From contig OZ224045.1 in the NCBI GenBank assembly GCA_963665325.3, positions 2,112,001 to 2,176,000 on the forward strand: a stretch of DNA of 64,000 nt. Direction: 5' to 3'. The DNA comes from Alphaproteobacteria bacterium. Lineage in GTDB: Bacteria; Pseudomonadota; Alphaproteobacteria; Bin95. This document shows, in pieces, positions 50,305 through 60,996 of this stretch (positions within the stretch are counted from its first letter, which is position 1; each line of letters opens with the position of its first letter). Made by a program: the position numbers and the translations under genes. The notes under the pieces were generated by a model. That model did no database searches. It saw nothing but the letters and a program-made list of their open reading frames with translations, and was not told the origin of the DNA.

Positions 50305-51503
50305 ATGGCATTGACCGAACGCCAAATCAGGGACGCCAGGCCGGGACCGAAAACCCGGATTGAGTGGGATTCGACCGTCGCGGGATTCGGCCTTCGCGTG
50401 ACCGCCAAGGGTGCGCTGGCGTCATCCTGAACTATCGAATCGACGGCCGGGAGCGCCGCGTCACACTTGGCCGGCCCGCCGAAATGAACCTGAAAGAAGC
50501 CCGTCGCCGGGCTGGCGAAATGCTGGCGGGCGTCCGCGACGGCGCGGACCCGCTGGCGGAACGCCAAGCCCGCCGGGACGCGCCGACCGTGGCGGAGGGC
50601 GTCGAGAGATTCTTCAAGGAATATGCTCCGCGCCGCATGAACGATGGCCGCCTGTCTGCGCGGACGCTGCGAGACTATCGGCAACAATGGGGCAGGGTTG
50701 TGAAGGCGGCTCCCGCTCTCGGCGACAAGAAGATTGCCGCCGTGACGCGGCATGACATAGAGCGCGCCGTCGCCAAACGCGCACCTGTCCAGCGCAATCG
50801 CTCGCTGGCCTTCCTGTCGCGGCTGTTCAATCTCTTCGAGGCGTGGGAACTCCGGCCGCAGCACTCTAACCCGACGCGCCACATTGAGAAGGCGCGGGAG
50901 GAACCGCGCGACCGGACCCTTGCGCCGTCCGAACTGGCGGCGCTGGCCGATGCGTTGGCAGTAGAGGCGGAAGCCCGCCCGGCGGCCGTCGCGGCTATCC
51001 GAATTGCAGCCGTGACCGGCTTGCGCATCGGCGAAGTACTGCGCATCCGCTGGCAGGATGTGGATTTCGAGGCGGGCCGCTTGACCATGCCGGAGACGAA
51101 GACGGGCCGGAGAGTGCATGACTTGCCAGCCGCCGCGCTCGCTATCTTGGCGGACCAGCCGCACATAAACGAATGGGCGTTCACAAACGGGCGGAACGCG
51201 CCGGCAGGCTACCAGCGGACGCGAGACGCCTTCGCGCAATCTGCGAAGCGTGCCGGGCTGGAAGATGTCCGGCTCCACGACTTGCGCCGCACAGTTATGA
51301 CAAACGCGGCGGCAGCGGGAGTCGGAACGCACATTCTCCGAGACCTTCTAGGCCATAAGACAACTGCGATGGCCGACCGCTATGTGCGATCCGTAGGCAA
51401 TCCCGTACGGGAGGCGCGGGAGCAAGTGGGCGCGACCATGGCGGCAATGATGGCCGGCAAGACGGCGGAGGTTGTGCCGCTCCGGGGGCGGCGCAACCCT
51501 TAG
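50305..51503 (+). pseudogene. Tyrosine integrase with arm-binding N-domain, frameshifted near 50420
   Basis: MALTERQIRDARPG...WDSTVAGFGLRVTAKGA in one frame continues as ILNYRIDGRERRVTLG in another; catalytic TGLRIGE, HDLRRT, LLGH and RY are intact. Confidence 0.85.
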
Positions 51504-51645
51504 TCTTCCCTGCCGATAATTTGCCTTTTCTTTCCTTACGGGCCGGAGTAGCATCCGGCCCGAATTGCTTCCCCACTACCGCGCGTGATTTGCAATGGGG
51601 GATGTAGCGCGCGTCCTGAAAACGCAAAATTGCGAGGGCGCGCTT

Positions 51646-51840
51646 ATGTTCGACGAAACCCGATTATATCTCCCGACCGACCCGGTACTCCGGCAGATTG
51701 CAGCGGTGCAAACGCTAGCGAATTGGCGACACGAAGGGCGCGGCCCGGCCTTCATCAAGGTAGGCGCGCGCGTCGCCTATTCCGGCAAGGCGCTGAACGA
51801 TTGGCTTGCTCGCCAAACCGTCGAACCGGCCGCCGCCTGA
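51646..51840 (+). CDS. AlpA/Xis-like HTH protein
   Basis: QTLANWRHEGRGPAFIKVGARVAYSGKALNDWL. Confidence 0.85.
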   Translation: MFDETRLYLPTDPVLRQIAAVQTLANWRHEGRGPAFIKVGARVAYSGKALNDWLARQTVEPAAA

Positions 51841-51947
51841 CCCTGAAAAGGAAAGCCCGCCGGCATCGCGCAACGCCGGCGGGCTAAGAGCATCTTCGGA
51901 CACATGGCGGTGAGTGAAAATGCAAAGACATCACATCGGGCAACGCA

Positions 51948-52430
51948 ATGTCTAGGACCGAACCTAGCGGGCGCTTTCCGCCCCGGTCAAGTCTATTGCC
52001 AGCCGACTTTCAGCGGGTGCAGGCCATCCGGGGCCGCGCGAGTGGTCTAGCGCGCCGGAGACAGGTTCATGGCCGTGACCGGGCCATCCGGTCAAGCAGG
52101 CGAGCCGGCATGACATACAGGGCGATTGCGCTCCGGCATGGCGTTTCGTTGGGAACGGCGCATAGGGTTTGCATGGGCCGTCTCTGGATGATGGAGCGCG
52201 AATTTCTCCGGCTTCCGGGCGTGTTCAACGAACGGTTAAGCTGTACCCGCAGGAAGGTTCATGCTTATGTTTCATTCAGATTTAGATCTGGAATTGTTGG
52301 AGTGCCAATTGCGCGCGTGACGAAAGAATTTTTCCGAAAAGGGGTTGTTTGGGAATATGGACCGAATATCGAGCGTCCAGCCGGAATTCGGCTATACTGG
52401 GAAACCGAAAATGAGGACTGCGAACGATGA
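51948..52430 (+). CDS. Hypothetical protein with HTH
   Basis: AGMTYRAIALRHGVSLGTAHRV. Confidence 0.5.
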   Translation: MSRTEPSGRFPPRSSLLPADFQRVQAIRGRASGLARRRQVHGRDRAIRSSRRAGMTYRAIALRHGVSLGTAHRVCMGRLWMMEREFLRLPGVFNERLSCTRRKVHAYVSFRFRSGIVGVPIARVTKEFFRKGVVWEYGPNIERPAGIRLYWETENEDCER

Positions 52431-52603
52431 GCGATGAAACTCTGGCGGGCCACTACAACGCTATCGCGCGGGCGCTCGAAGATGCGCGCAATTATGCGAA
52501 CAATACGCCGGGCCTCGAACGGGAGGCGGGATTGTTCGATGGGCTGGAAAGGCTCTTTCGGGAGAAAATCGGGGACGAACTAGGGAGGCAATCGCCATCG
52601 TAA
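52427..52603 (+). CDS. Small hypothetical protein (58 aa)
   Basis: MSDETLAGHYNAIARALEDA...; ATGA overlap with the upstream ORF. Confidence 0.45.
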   Translation: MSDETLAGHYNAIARALEDARNYANNTPGLEREAGLFDGLERLFREKIGDELGRQSPS

Positions 52604-52614
52604 CCGGAGTCAAA

Positions 52615-52870
52615 ATCACGACGCGGGGCGGACACAAGCTGCGCGCTCATCTACGCGACATGAAGCGCAAGGCGGCTGCACTCGAAGGCAAGGCCGTGGG
52701 CGTCGGCTTTCACGATGACCATGTTGCCGCCATCGCCCGGCTTCATGAATTCGGGCATCCGGCAATCCAGCTCCCGAGCCGGCCCGCGTTTCGCGCCGCA
52801 CGGGAGCCGATGAATAGGGCCGTTCACAACGCCATCAAGACGGCCGGGCCGCTCCCGCCCGATGTTGTGC
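52615..52870 (+). pseudogene. Phage neck/tail-completion-like gene truncated by the IS
   Basis: VGVGFHDDHVAAIARLHEFG...LPSRPAFR resembles the VG..A..HEFG..IP.RPF.R motif of phage morphogenesis proteins. Confidence 0.55.
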
Positions 52871-53071
52871 TGTCAATCGGCTTTCAATAATGACCCCCTA
52901 TCGGCGTGCAAAATTGACCCCCTGAGAGGCACGGTGGAGGTTGTCCCGGTAGTCAATAGGGGGGACCCGCGCGGCTTCGTGTAGCGTCTCACGCTACGCG
53001 GAGCGAAGCCGCGTGGGGGGTCCCTGTTGACCCACCGGGGCAACCGGGCCGCAGGGGAGGCCGGCGGCGGG

Positions 53072-53800
53072 TCAGGAGCGGTTCTTGAAGCGCCAGCTCT
53101 CGTTGCCGGTCTCGATGATCTCGCAATGGTGGGTGAGACGATCGAGCAACGCCGTGGTCATCTTGGGATCGCCGAAGACGGACGGCCACTCGCCGAAGGC
53201 GAGGTTGGTGGTGATGACGATCGAGGTTCGCTCGTAGAGCCGGCTCATGAGGTGGAAGAGGAGCTGTCCGCCGGCTTGGGCGAAGGGCAGGTAGCCGAGT
53301 TCGTCGAGGATGACGAAGTCGCGTCGGACGAGCTGGTCTGCGGTGCGGCCCTGGCGCCCGGCACGGAGTTCGGCCTCGAGGTGGTTCACCAGGTCGACGA
53401 CGTTGTAGCAGCGGCCACGGGCGCCCTTGCGGATGCAGGAGCGCGCGACGGCGACGGCGAGATGGGTCTTGCCGGTGCCGGTGCCGCCGACCAGGACGAT
53501 GTTGCGCTGGCCCTCGAGGAAGCCGCCGCCGGCGAGCTCCTGGATCAGGGGCTCGTTGACCGGCGAGCCGGCGAAGTCGAAGTCGGCCAGTTCCTTGGCC
53601 GTGGGCAGCTTGGCGGACGCCATCTGGTACTTGATCGAGCGTGCCCTCTTGTCGGCGATCTCGACCTGCAGCAGCGTACCGATGATCTGCTGCACCGGAT
53701 GACGGCGCTTGAGCCCGTCGGCGAGGATGTCGTCATAGGCGGCTCGCATGCCTGCGAGCTTCAGCTGGGTCATCATCTCCAGCACATCATGACGCTCCAT
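53072..53800 (-). CDS. istB: IS21 helper ATPase
   Basis: [33 protein letters not shown]. Confidence 0.95.
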   Translation of the reverse strand: MERHDVLEMMTQLKLAGMRAAYDDILADGLKRRHPVQQIIGTLLQVEIADKRARSIKYQMASAKLPTAKELADFDFAGSPVNEPLIQELAGGGFLEGQRNIVLVGGTGTGKTHLAVAVARSCIRKGARGRCYNVVDLVNHLEAELRAGRQGRTADQLVRRDFVILDELGYLPFAQAGGQLLFHLMSRLYERTSIVITTNLAFGEWPSVFGDPKMTTALLDRLTHHCEIIETGNESWRFKNRS

Positions 53801-55301
53801 GACCGGCCTCCCTCAGGCTGTCGTAGCGCTGACAGTCGGCCACCGGCTGGTGGCGGAGCTTCAGGCCCTCGGGCGTCGGGATGATTGCCGGCGGTGCCGG
53901 CTGGCGCTGCCGGGCGAGGATGTTGAGCACGACGTCGGCGCTGCAGGCGCCGCAGGCGAGCGCCTCGGCGCAGGCCGCCTCGACCGCCTCCAGCCCGTCC
54001 TCCAGCACCGCCGCGAGGATCTTGACGAACTGCCGGTCGCCGTCGTCGTGGCCGGCGAGCCGGGTTCGCAGGCGGCCCAGCGCGTTGGGCAACTGCCAGT
54101 CCTTGAAGGGTGCGCCGTTCCTCAGTGCGCCGGGCTTCCTCGTCAGGATCGGCACGTAATGCCACGGATCGTAGACGAACCGACCGCGCCCGAAGCTCCG
54201 GGGATGCTCGGCGACGATCTCGCCGTCCTGGCGGATGACGATCCGCTCGGCATAGGCCCGCACGTCCACCGGCCGTCCCACCGCGCGGGCAGAGACGCTG
54301 TACTGGTTGTTGTCGAAGCGCACCAGGCAGGTCTTCGAGACTGACACCTCGCTGGCATGGAAGCCGTCGAAGGGACCGCGGTATGCCATCAGGAAGGGCC
54401 GCTCCTCCTCGAATACCTGCCACACCGTCTTGCCCTCGATCGTCGGATGCGGCTGCTTCCTGGCCTCCTCGATGCACCGATCCATCAGCCACTCGTTGAT
54501 CTCGGTGTAGGAGCGGCCCCGCGGGCTGCGCGCGAACAGACGCCCGCGAAGGTCTCCCACCTGCTTCTCAACCTGCCCCTTCTCCCAGCCCGCCCCTGGC
54601 GTGCACGCCACTGGCTCCACCAGATGGTGCGAGCACATCTCCTGGAAGCGGCGGTTGTAGGCACGCTCCTTGCCGACGAAGATCGTGTTCACCGCCGTCT
54701 TCATGTTGTCGTAGATGCCCCGTCGGCAGACCCCGCCGAAGAAGCGGAAGGCACGCTCGTGCGCCTCAAAGACCATCTCCTGGCTCTCGCGGGGAAAGAT
54801 CTGCACCAGATACATGCGGCTGTGGCACAGCCGCATGTGCGCCGCCTTCACCTTGGTCGTCGCTCCCGCCAGACGCGCATACTCGTGGCTCCAGTCGAAC
54901 TGGTAGGCCTCGCCCGGATCGAAGATCAGCGGCACATAGGCCTGCGACGGCGATAACAGACGGCGTCGGCGCCGCCACGCCCTGGCGTAGCGCCGGACCG
55001 CGTCATAGCCGCCCTTGTAGCCCAGCTCGCCAAGGTCCTCATGGATCTGCAGCAGGGACAGGCGATCCCGGCGCTTCTTCTTCTCGTTGGCCTCCAGCTG
55101 GCGCTCAAGCTCTGCCACCCAAGGCCCAAGCTTCGGCATCGGCTGGATCTTGCGCTCATAGCTGTGCGAGGTCGTATCGCCCCGAACCACCTTGCGTATC
55201 GTGTTCTTCGAAACCCTCAAATCCCGCGCCAGCTTCTTGATCGGAACGCCCTTCACCAGATGATCCCGACGGATCCGCGCTATCGTCTCCACAACCAGCA
55301 T
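53787..55301 (-). CDS. istA: IS21 DDE transposase
   Basis: [42 protein letters not shown]. Confidence 0.95.
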   Translation of the reverse strand: MLVVETIARIRRDHLVKGVPIKKLARDLRVSKNTIRKVVRGDTTSHSYERKIQPMPKLGPWVAELERQLEANEKKKRRDRLSLLQIHEDLGELGYKGGYDAVRRYARAWRRRRRLLSPSQAYVPLIFDPGEAYQFDWSHEYARLAGATTKVKAAHMRLCHSRMYLVQIFPRESQEMVFEAHERAFRFFGGVCRRGIYDNMKTAVNTIFVGKERAYNRRFQEMCSHHLVEPVACTPGAGWEKGQVEKQVGDLRGRLFARSPRGRSYTEINEWLMDRCIEEARKQPHPTIEGKTVWQVFEEERPFLMAYRGPFDGFHASEVSVSKTCLVRFDNNQYSVSARAVGRPVDVRAYAERIVIRQDGEIVAEHPRSFGRGRFVYDPWHYVPILTRKPGALRNGAPFKDWQLPNALGRLRTRLAGHDDGDRQFVKILAAVLEDGLEAVEAACAEALACGACSADVVLNILARQRQPAPPAIIPTPEGLKLRHQPVADCQRYDSLREAGHGAS

Positions 55302-55412
55302 CTCCCCCACCCCGTCCGTCCAACGACAGGGCGTGTTCATGGACACAATCCATGGGGGGTCAATTTTGGACGCCGATAACCCCCAACAGGGGGTCAATCT
55401 TCCACGCTTACA

Positions 55413-56156
55413 ACAGGCGAGACGGACCCGGACGGCTGGACATGCACCGCAACGGCTTACGGCCCTTCCGGCTCCTCGACATGGCGGCTCCCGTGGCAAT
55501 CGGTTGTGTTCGCGGCATGGGGAAGCCCGAACGCTCGCCCCTACCGTGGCTTGCCCCCGACCGGATGCGCCTCCGATTCCGCCCGCCTGTCCGCGCAAGC
55601 GGAAAAGAGCCTTGCCGATGAGGCCGGCGGGCCGCTGGCGCAAATACTGACAATCCCGGCCGGCTCCGATGGCGGCGACGGGAGCGAGGATGACCCGCTA
55701 GCGGACATGAAGCGCGACATTGCCAAGGCGCGCGGCAAGGCGGCTTTCGTCGAAACGACGGCCGCCGGCTGGGACCAGGGCCGGAGCGGAGCGCCGCAAC
55801 GGGACTGGCAGGCAACCCGGCTCGGGCCGAACATGCCGGCCGCCATGGTGGAACTGGCGCGGGACAGCTTCGCGCGCACTCTTGCGGCTTGCGGATGCTC
55901 CCCGGCGCTGTTCGACGATAGCGACGGCACAAGCAAGCGGGAGGCGTTGCGCCAGTGGCATATGGGCACTGTCCAGCCGCTTGCCCGGATGTTGGAGGCC
56001 GAACTGGCCGCGAAGCTGGAGGCTCCGATTCGGCTCGCCTTCGATTCCTACCCGCTGGACCTAGCGGGCCGCGCCCAGGCATTTCAGAAGCTGGTAGCCG
56101 GCGGCATGGAGATTGACCGGGCGCTTGCCGTGACGGGACTGCTTGGCGAGGAATGA
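55413..56156 (+). pseudogene. Phage portal-like protein, 5'-truncated at the IS end
   Basis: Frame is open from the IS boundary; LAACGCSPALF, TVQPLARMLEAELAAKL..IRLAFD...DLAGRAQAFQKLVAGG resembles an HK97-type portal C-terminus. Confidence 0.6.
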
Positions 56157-56383
56157 GCGCCCCGGCCCTATGGTCGCGCGCGGAAATCGCATGGTGTTGG
56201 AACTGCGAAATGGATGGGCCTGCGACTTACTGTCCGACGATGCACGGCGGCAAGTGGCAATGCGATGAATGCCGGCATCCGGCCTCCTATCGCCCGCCCG
56301 TCCAGTCTTGGGAGTCGCGGGCATGGAAGAAGCGGGGCGGGGCGCGCAAGCCGACCCGGTATGACGGGGCCGACGATGAATGA
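56153..56383 (+). CDS. Small zinc-ribbon protein
   Basis: CWNC...CDEC; ATGA overlap with the portal-like gene. Confidence 0.55.
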   Translation: MSAPALWSRAEIAWCWNCEMDGPATYCPTMHGGKWQCDECRHPASYRPPVQSWESRAWKKRGGARKPTRYDGADDE

Positions 56384-56658
56384 CCGGGCCGGAAATCCCT
56401 TACTGAAAAAGGCTTGACATGCCTCCGGGCAAATCGCGCCGTTTCAACGGGTTAGCCTACCCCGTCATCATGATGAGGCTTGCCGGGGGAATGTGCGGCG
56501 GCCGCCGGCCGAGTCTCCCCGGCCTCCGATGCATCACGGCTTATGAAACGGCCGCCGCCGGGGGCCATTCTACTGACATGACCGGCGCATCTACTGACAT
56601 AGTGCTGACACGGAGTTTTCATTGTGTCAGTGAACTTTCGCTAATCCGTTGATTTTCT

Positions 56659-56735
56659 TGGCGACCCCGGCAGGACTCGAACCTGCGACCTACGGATTAG
56701 GAATCCGTCGCTCTATCCGGCTGAGCTACGGGGCC
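56659..56735 (-). tRNA. tRNA-Arg(CCT)
   Basis: GGCCCCGTAGCTCAGCCGGATAGAGCGACGGATT-CCT-AATCCGTAGGTCGCAGGTTCGAGTCCTGCCGGGGTCGCCA, 77 nt. Confidence 0.97.
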
Positions 56736-57023
56736 GTGTCCCCGGCTTCGTAGAAAACCGCGCTACACCGGTCAAGCGTTCCGAGGGCAGGGTGGTATAC
56801 AATCGCCTATTCAAACTGCGGACGACGGTTGGCATTCGATGACCTCTTGGTCGAGATTCGCGACTTCGCCGGCAACCGATCTATCGCATCTCCAGAGCCG
56901 ACGAACCGAGCAATTCACGGTCTGCGGGCTCCACTTCCTGTCCCGGAGGCATGCTAGCGCACGATTCGATCCGTCCGAATCGCCGGCTGCAAGTCGGATA
57001 ACCGCCGGCTTCGCGCCCCACCT

Positions 57024-57151
57024 CGTCGCCCCGGCCCCTGAGCCGGGGCCCGGCCTCGACAGGCTCGGCGCGGAGCAAGGCCGGGGGATGGACCCCGGCT
57101 CTCCCCTGGATCGGGTCCGGGGCAGGCTTCTTCGCTCCGGCCGGGGTGACG
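57024..57151. repeat. 128-bp palindromic REP/MITE-like element
   Basis: 13-bp terminal inverted repeats CGTCGCCCCGGCC / GGCCGGGGTGACG (1 mismatch) with internal GC hairpins. Confidence 0.55.
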
Positions 57152-57211
57152 AATTCGGGCCTGGCCTGATATGCGGTCCAATCCGAAGGGATTCCGCACA
57201 AAGGAGGGAAA

Positions 57212-58399
57212 ATGTCATCGCAGAACGACAGCACGCTCGTTTGGGACGGGCGACCGCCGCGCGCCTTCGAGATCGCCGTCGAGGACAAGGTGCTCGATGA
57301 CCTGCGCAGACGCCTCCGCGCCACCCGCTGGCCCGACCGGGCGCCTGGCGGCCCGTGGCAGTTCGGCACCGATGTCGCCTATCTCGAAGCTCTGTGCGCA
57401 TACTGGGCCGGGGACTATGACTGGCGGGCCCAGGAGACGGCGCTCAACAGCCTGCACAACTGCAAAGTCACCATCGCGGGCTACGACCTGCACTATGCCC
57501 ACGTGCCGGGAGAGTCGCCGGATGCGCCGCCGTTGCTGCTGACCCACGGGTGGCCCGGATCCTTCTACGAGTACCACCAACTGATCCCGCGCCTGACCCG
57601 GCCGTCGGACTTTGGCGGCCGCGCGGAAGACTCTTTCACCGTCGTGGCGCCGTCGCTGCCCGGTTACGGATTTTCCTTCACGCCGGGCCAGCGCCGCTTC
57701 GGCCTCAGGGACGCCACGGACATCCTCGCAGTGCTGATGACCGACGTGCTGGGCTATGACCGGTTCTTCGCCCACGGCCAGGATTTCGGCTCCTATGTTG
57801 CGGCCCATCTCGGCAACGCCCACACCGACAAGACGCGGGGCATCCACATCACGCTGATGGCGCTGCCGCGGGTCCTGCCCGAATTGGCCCAGCCAACCGA
57901 GGACGAGGAGCGCTATCGGGCGCAGCTGGCGCACTGGCTGACCGAAGAAACCGGCTATGTCCAGATCATGGGGACCAAACCGCAAACCCTCGCTTTCGGG
58001 CTCACCGATTCGCCCGCCGGGCTGGCGTCGTGGATCGTCGAGAAGTGGCGCTCGTGGAGCGATTGCGGGGGCGATGTCGATGCCCATTTCGGCCGGGACA
58101 CGCTCCTGACGAACATCATGATCTATTGGATTACCGGCGCGATCGGCTCCTCGGCCTGGCCATACTACCAGCGTGTCCGGGAGCCCTGGATCCTATCGGA
58201 AGACGAACCGGTGACAGTGCCCACCGCCTATGTCGAGCATCCTCTCGAGATCCTGACGCCGCCGCGCTCGCTCGCCGAGACCATGTACACCAACATTCAG
58301 CGCTGGACGGTCAGGGAAAGCGGCGGCCATTTCGCGGCCCTGGAAGACCCGGATTGGCTGGCCGCCGACATTTCCTCCTTCTTCGGCAGCCTGCGGTAG
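57212..58399 (+). CDS. Epoxide hydrolase (microsomal/EHN type)
   Basis: HGWPGSFYE, APSLPGYGFS, GQDFGS, GGHFAALE. Confidence 0.93.
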   Translation: MSSQNDSTLVWDGRPPRAFEIAVEDKVLDDLRRRLRATRWPDRAPGGPWQFGTDVAYLEALCAYWAGDYDWRAQETALNSLHNCKVTIAGYDLHYAHVPGESPDAPPLLLTHGWPGSFYEYHQLIPRLTRPSDFGGRAEDSFTVVAPSLPGYGFSFTPGQRRFGLRDATDILAVLMTDVLGYDRFFAHGQDFGSYVAAHLGNAHTDKTRGIHITLMALPRVLPELAQPTEDEERYRAQLAHWLTEETGYVQIMGTKPQTLAFGLTDSPAGLASWIVEKWRSWSDCGGDVDAHFGRDTLLTNIMIYWITGAIGSSAWPYYQRVREPWILSEDEPVTVPTAYVEHPLEILTPPRSLAETMYTNIQRWTVRESGGHFAALEDPDWLAADISSFFGSLR

Positions 58400-58491
58400 A
58401 GCACGACCCGTTCAGGCAGCAACGGAGGTCCGGCCGGCGCCCCGTCTCAAAACGGTCGGATACCGCTCTAACAGACCCCTTCGCCAGCGCC

Positions 58492-58563
58492 ATCTGCAGC
58501 GGGAAGGCCGCGCCTTGCCCGCTCGACAAGGTCAATCGCCGGTTCCGCGCCACGGCGCCGCCG
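58492..58563 (+). pseudogene. IS3-family transposase OrfB remnant
   Basis: SGKAAPCPLDKVNRRFRATAP matches the IS3/IS51-group AAPCPLDxVNRQF.A..P motif. Confidence 0.6.
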
Positions 58564-58751
58564 GAGGCGTCGAGTCAGGCTCCCGGGCTCGCAGTCGCGC
58601 GGTCCCGGCGAACCTCTCGTCGGTCGCCGTTATTCCTGCTACACGGGTGCGCCTCGACACTGCCGCAAGCGGTTGAATTGGAGTCTTCGCGCGGCGTATC
58701 GTCGATCTGACCGTCGCTTCAGCGTCACCCGACTGGGACAAGGAAACAGAG

Positions 58752-59354
58752 ATGAAGGTATATTTTGCCCCCGGATCTCGTGCAGTTCGCACAGTCTGGC
58801 TCTTGGAGGAAATCGGCAAGACGTATGACCTGGTGAGGTTCACGCTCGGCCAGAAGGAAATGCGCGGCCCCGAATACACCAGGATCAACCCGAACGGCCG
58901 CGTGCCGACCCTGGTCGACGGCGACACGACCATCACGGAAAGCACGGCCATCGCACAGTATCTGGGGGCAAAATACGCGCCGGAACTGGCCCCCGGCCCG
59001 GACGCAGCGAATTTTGCAACTTATCTGCAATGGCTCAACTATGCGGAAGGCATGATCATGCCGCCGATCAACAACTATGTGGTCGAGACGATCCTGCTTC
59101 CGCCTGAGCGTCGGAACGCCGAAATCGCGGCGCGCTCGTTGAAGCTCTTGAACCGGACGCTCGGCGCCGCCGAGGCGCATATGGAAGGGCGGGATTTCCT
59201 CGCAGGCGACTTTACCGTCGCCGACACGATTACCGGTCATGCCGTCATCATGTCCCGCCGTCTCGGCGCCGATTTCAGCGGATGTCCGAACCTTACCGCC
59301 TATGCCGACCGGCTCGAGGCCCGGGAGGCGTTCAAGACTGCGAACTCAGCCTGA
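58752..59354 (+). CDS. Glutathione S-transferase
   Basis: APGSRA, INPNGRVPTL, ITESTAI, FTVAD. Confidence 0.92.
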   Translation: MKVYFAPGSRAVRTVWLLEEIGKTYDLVRFTLGQKEMRGPEYTRINPNGRVPTLVDGDTTITESTAIAQYLGAKYAPELAPGPDAANFATYLQWLNYAEGMIMPPINNYVVETILLPPERRNAEIAARSLKLLNRTLGAAEAHMEGRDFLAGDFTVADTITGHAVIMSRRLGADFSGCPNLTAYADRLEAREAFKTANSA

Positions 59355-59451
59355 CGGCCCGACGACACCGCGCGGACCGTGACCCTGGCAGGAAATTCGG
59401 GCCAGGTTCGAGACGGGGTCGGTCGGGCCGAAGCCTTGGAAACAGGCCGGA

Positions 59452-60966
59452 TCAGAGAGAACGCCAGTCGTAATTCGCCTCGAATGCCGCCGCGGCCCTG
59501 TAGATGGTTGGTTCGTCCCACCAGCGCCCGGTAATCATCAGGCCGACCGGCAAGCCGTCCACTGCACCGCAGGGCACCGACATGGAAGGCTGGCCCGTAT
59601 AGTTGTAGGTCGGACAGTTGGCCAGCATGTTCCAGGCGTGCATGCAGTATTCGGTTATCGAGGCATCCGGCCCCGGGAAGGCTTGCGCGACCAGCGGGCA
59701 GGTCGGCATCAGCAGGAGGTCGTAGCTCTCCATCAGCCGCGCGAAGCCGTCCTTCGCCTTGCGCTGCAGGTTCATGCCCTTGGCATAGACGCGCCCTTCC
59801 AGCGCCTCCATGTAGTAGGCCCCGAGCAGCGTGAAGGCGCGGACGGTAGGCGGCAGTTCGTGCGCGCGTTCCATCCACCGGTTGCTGCGTTCGAGCGCTC
59901 CGGCGACATACATACCCGGCAGGCCGTAGAACACGCCGCCCTGGAGCATCATCTCCCGGGCGAGCCCCTCTGCCAGCGCCGGCATGTACATGACCGCCGC
60001 CTCGCGGTGCAGCGGGAATGAGATGGTCTCGACCTCGGCGCCGAGCTCGCTGAACCTGGCGCAGGCGGCTCGGACCACGGCGTCGGACTCCGCCTCGGAA
60101 CCGGGATGGCCGAACCCGTCCTCGATCACGGCGATCCTGAGGCCCGAAACCCCGCCGTCCAGCATCTCCGAATAGGGATGGGTGACGACATCGCGCTGGC
60201 GCCCGTCGATGCCGTCGGGCCCTGCAATCGCCTCCAGCATGAGTGCGTTGTCGGCGACGTTGGCCGTCATCGGCCCGACATGGTCGATCCCGGCCTCGAT
60301 GCCGAGAACGCCCGTGTAAGGCACGAGACCGTGCGTGGGCTTCATGCCGTATATGCCGCAGAACGAGGCCGGCATCCGAATGGAGCCGCCCTGGTCGCCG
60401 CCGATCGCCATGTCGACCTCGCCGGCCGCTACCAGCGCTGCGCTGCCGGAAGACGAGCCGCCGGCGCTGTAACCCATCCGGTGGGGATTGTGGCACGGCC
60501 CGGTCGCGTTGCTGTGGCTGCTGCCTGAGAGGCAGTAGTTCTCGCAATGCGCCTTGCCGAGGATCGTTGCGCCGGCATCGAGCAGGCGCGTCGCGACCGT
60601 CGCGTCCACCTCCGGAATATAGCCCTCGAGGACCGAGGTCCCGTTCATCATCGGCACGCCGGCCAGCATGATGTTGTCCTTGAGGGCGGCCGTCTTGCCT
60701 TTCAGCTTGCCCTCGGACGCGCCCTCGATCCGGCTCTTGTAGTACCAGGCGTTGTACCTGTTCTCCTCGCCCTCCGGCCGGTAGCCGGGGGTTCGCGGAT
60801 ATTTCACCGCCGGCAGATAGTCCGGCATTTTCTGCTGTGCGTCGGCCATGGCGACCAGCGGCGCCAGCAGCTCGCTGTATTCCCCGGCTTCCTCAGCGGT
60901 AAGGCCGAAGCCCAGGGACCGGGCGAGATCCTGCAATTGCGAAGCCTTGGGACCCTGAAGTGTCAT
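59452..60966 (-). CDS. Amidase signature family enzyme (paralogue 2)
   Basis: ALKDN, GGSSSGS, GGDQGGSIRMPA. Confidence 0.93.
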   Translation of the reverse strand: MTLQGPKASQLQDLARSLGFGLTAEEAGEYSELLAPLVAMADAQQKMPDYLPAVKYPRTPGYRPEGEENRYNAWYYKSRIEGASEGKLKGKTAALKDNIMLAGVPMMNGTSVLEGYIPEVDATVATRLLDAGATILGKAHCENYCLSGSSHSNATGPCHNPHRMGYSAGGSSSGSAALVAAGEVDMAIGGDQGGSIRMPASFCGIYGMKPTHGLVPYTGVLGIEAGIDHVGPMTANVADNALMLEAIAGPDGIDGRQRDVVTHPYSEMLDGGVSGLRIAVIEDGFGHPGSEAESDAVVRAACARFSELGAEVETISFPLHREAAVMYMPALAEGLAREMMLQGGVFYGLPGMYVAGALERSNRWMERAHELPPTVRAFTLLGAYYMEALEGRVYAKGMNLQRKAKDGFARLMESYDLLLMPTCPLVAQAFPGPDASITEYCMHAWNMLANCPTYNYTGQPSMSVPCGAVDGLPVGLMITGRWWDEPTIYRAAAAFEANYDWRSL

Positions 60967-60996
60967 CGGCCCGTTCCTCCGTGTTGGCGTTTCGGT

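Larger units (their letters stand above)
52871..55412 (-). mobile_element. IS21 family insertion sequence
   Basis: TG...CA ends with repeated TGACCCCC and ATCGGCGT(G/C)CAAAATTGACCCCC subterminal motifs; istA-istB; right end is 55412 or 55415. Confidence 0.92.
50098..56703. mobile_element. Integrated phage-satellite-like element at the 3' end of tRNA-Arg
   Basis: Flanked by identical 45-bp repeats; carries integrase, excisionase-like HTH, and portal and neck fragments. Confidence 0.88.
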
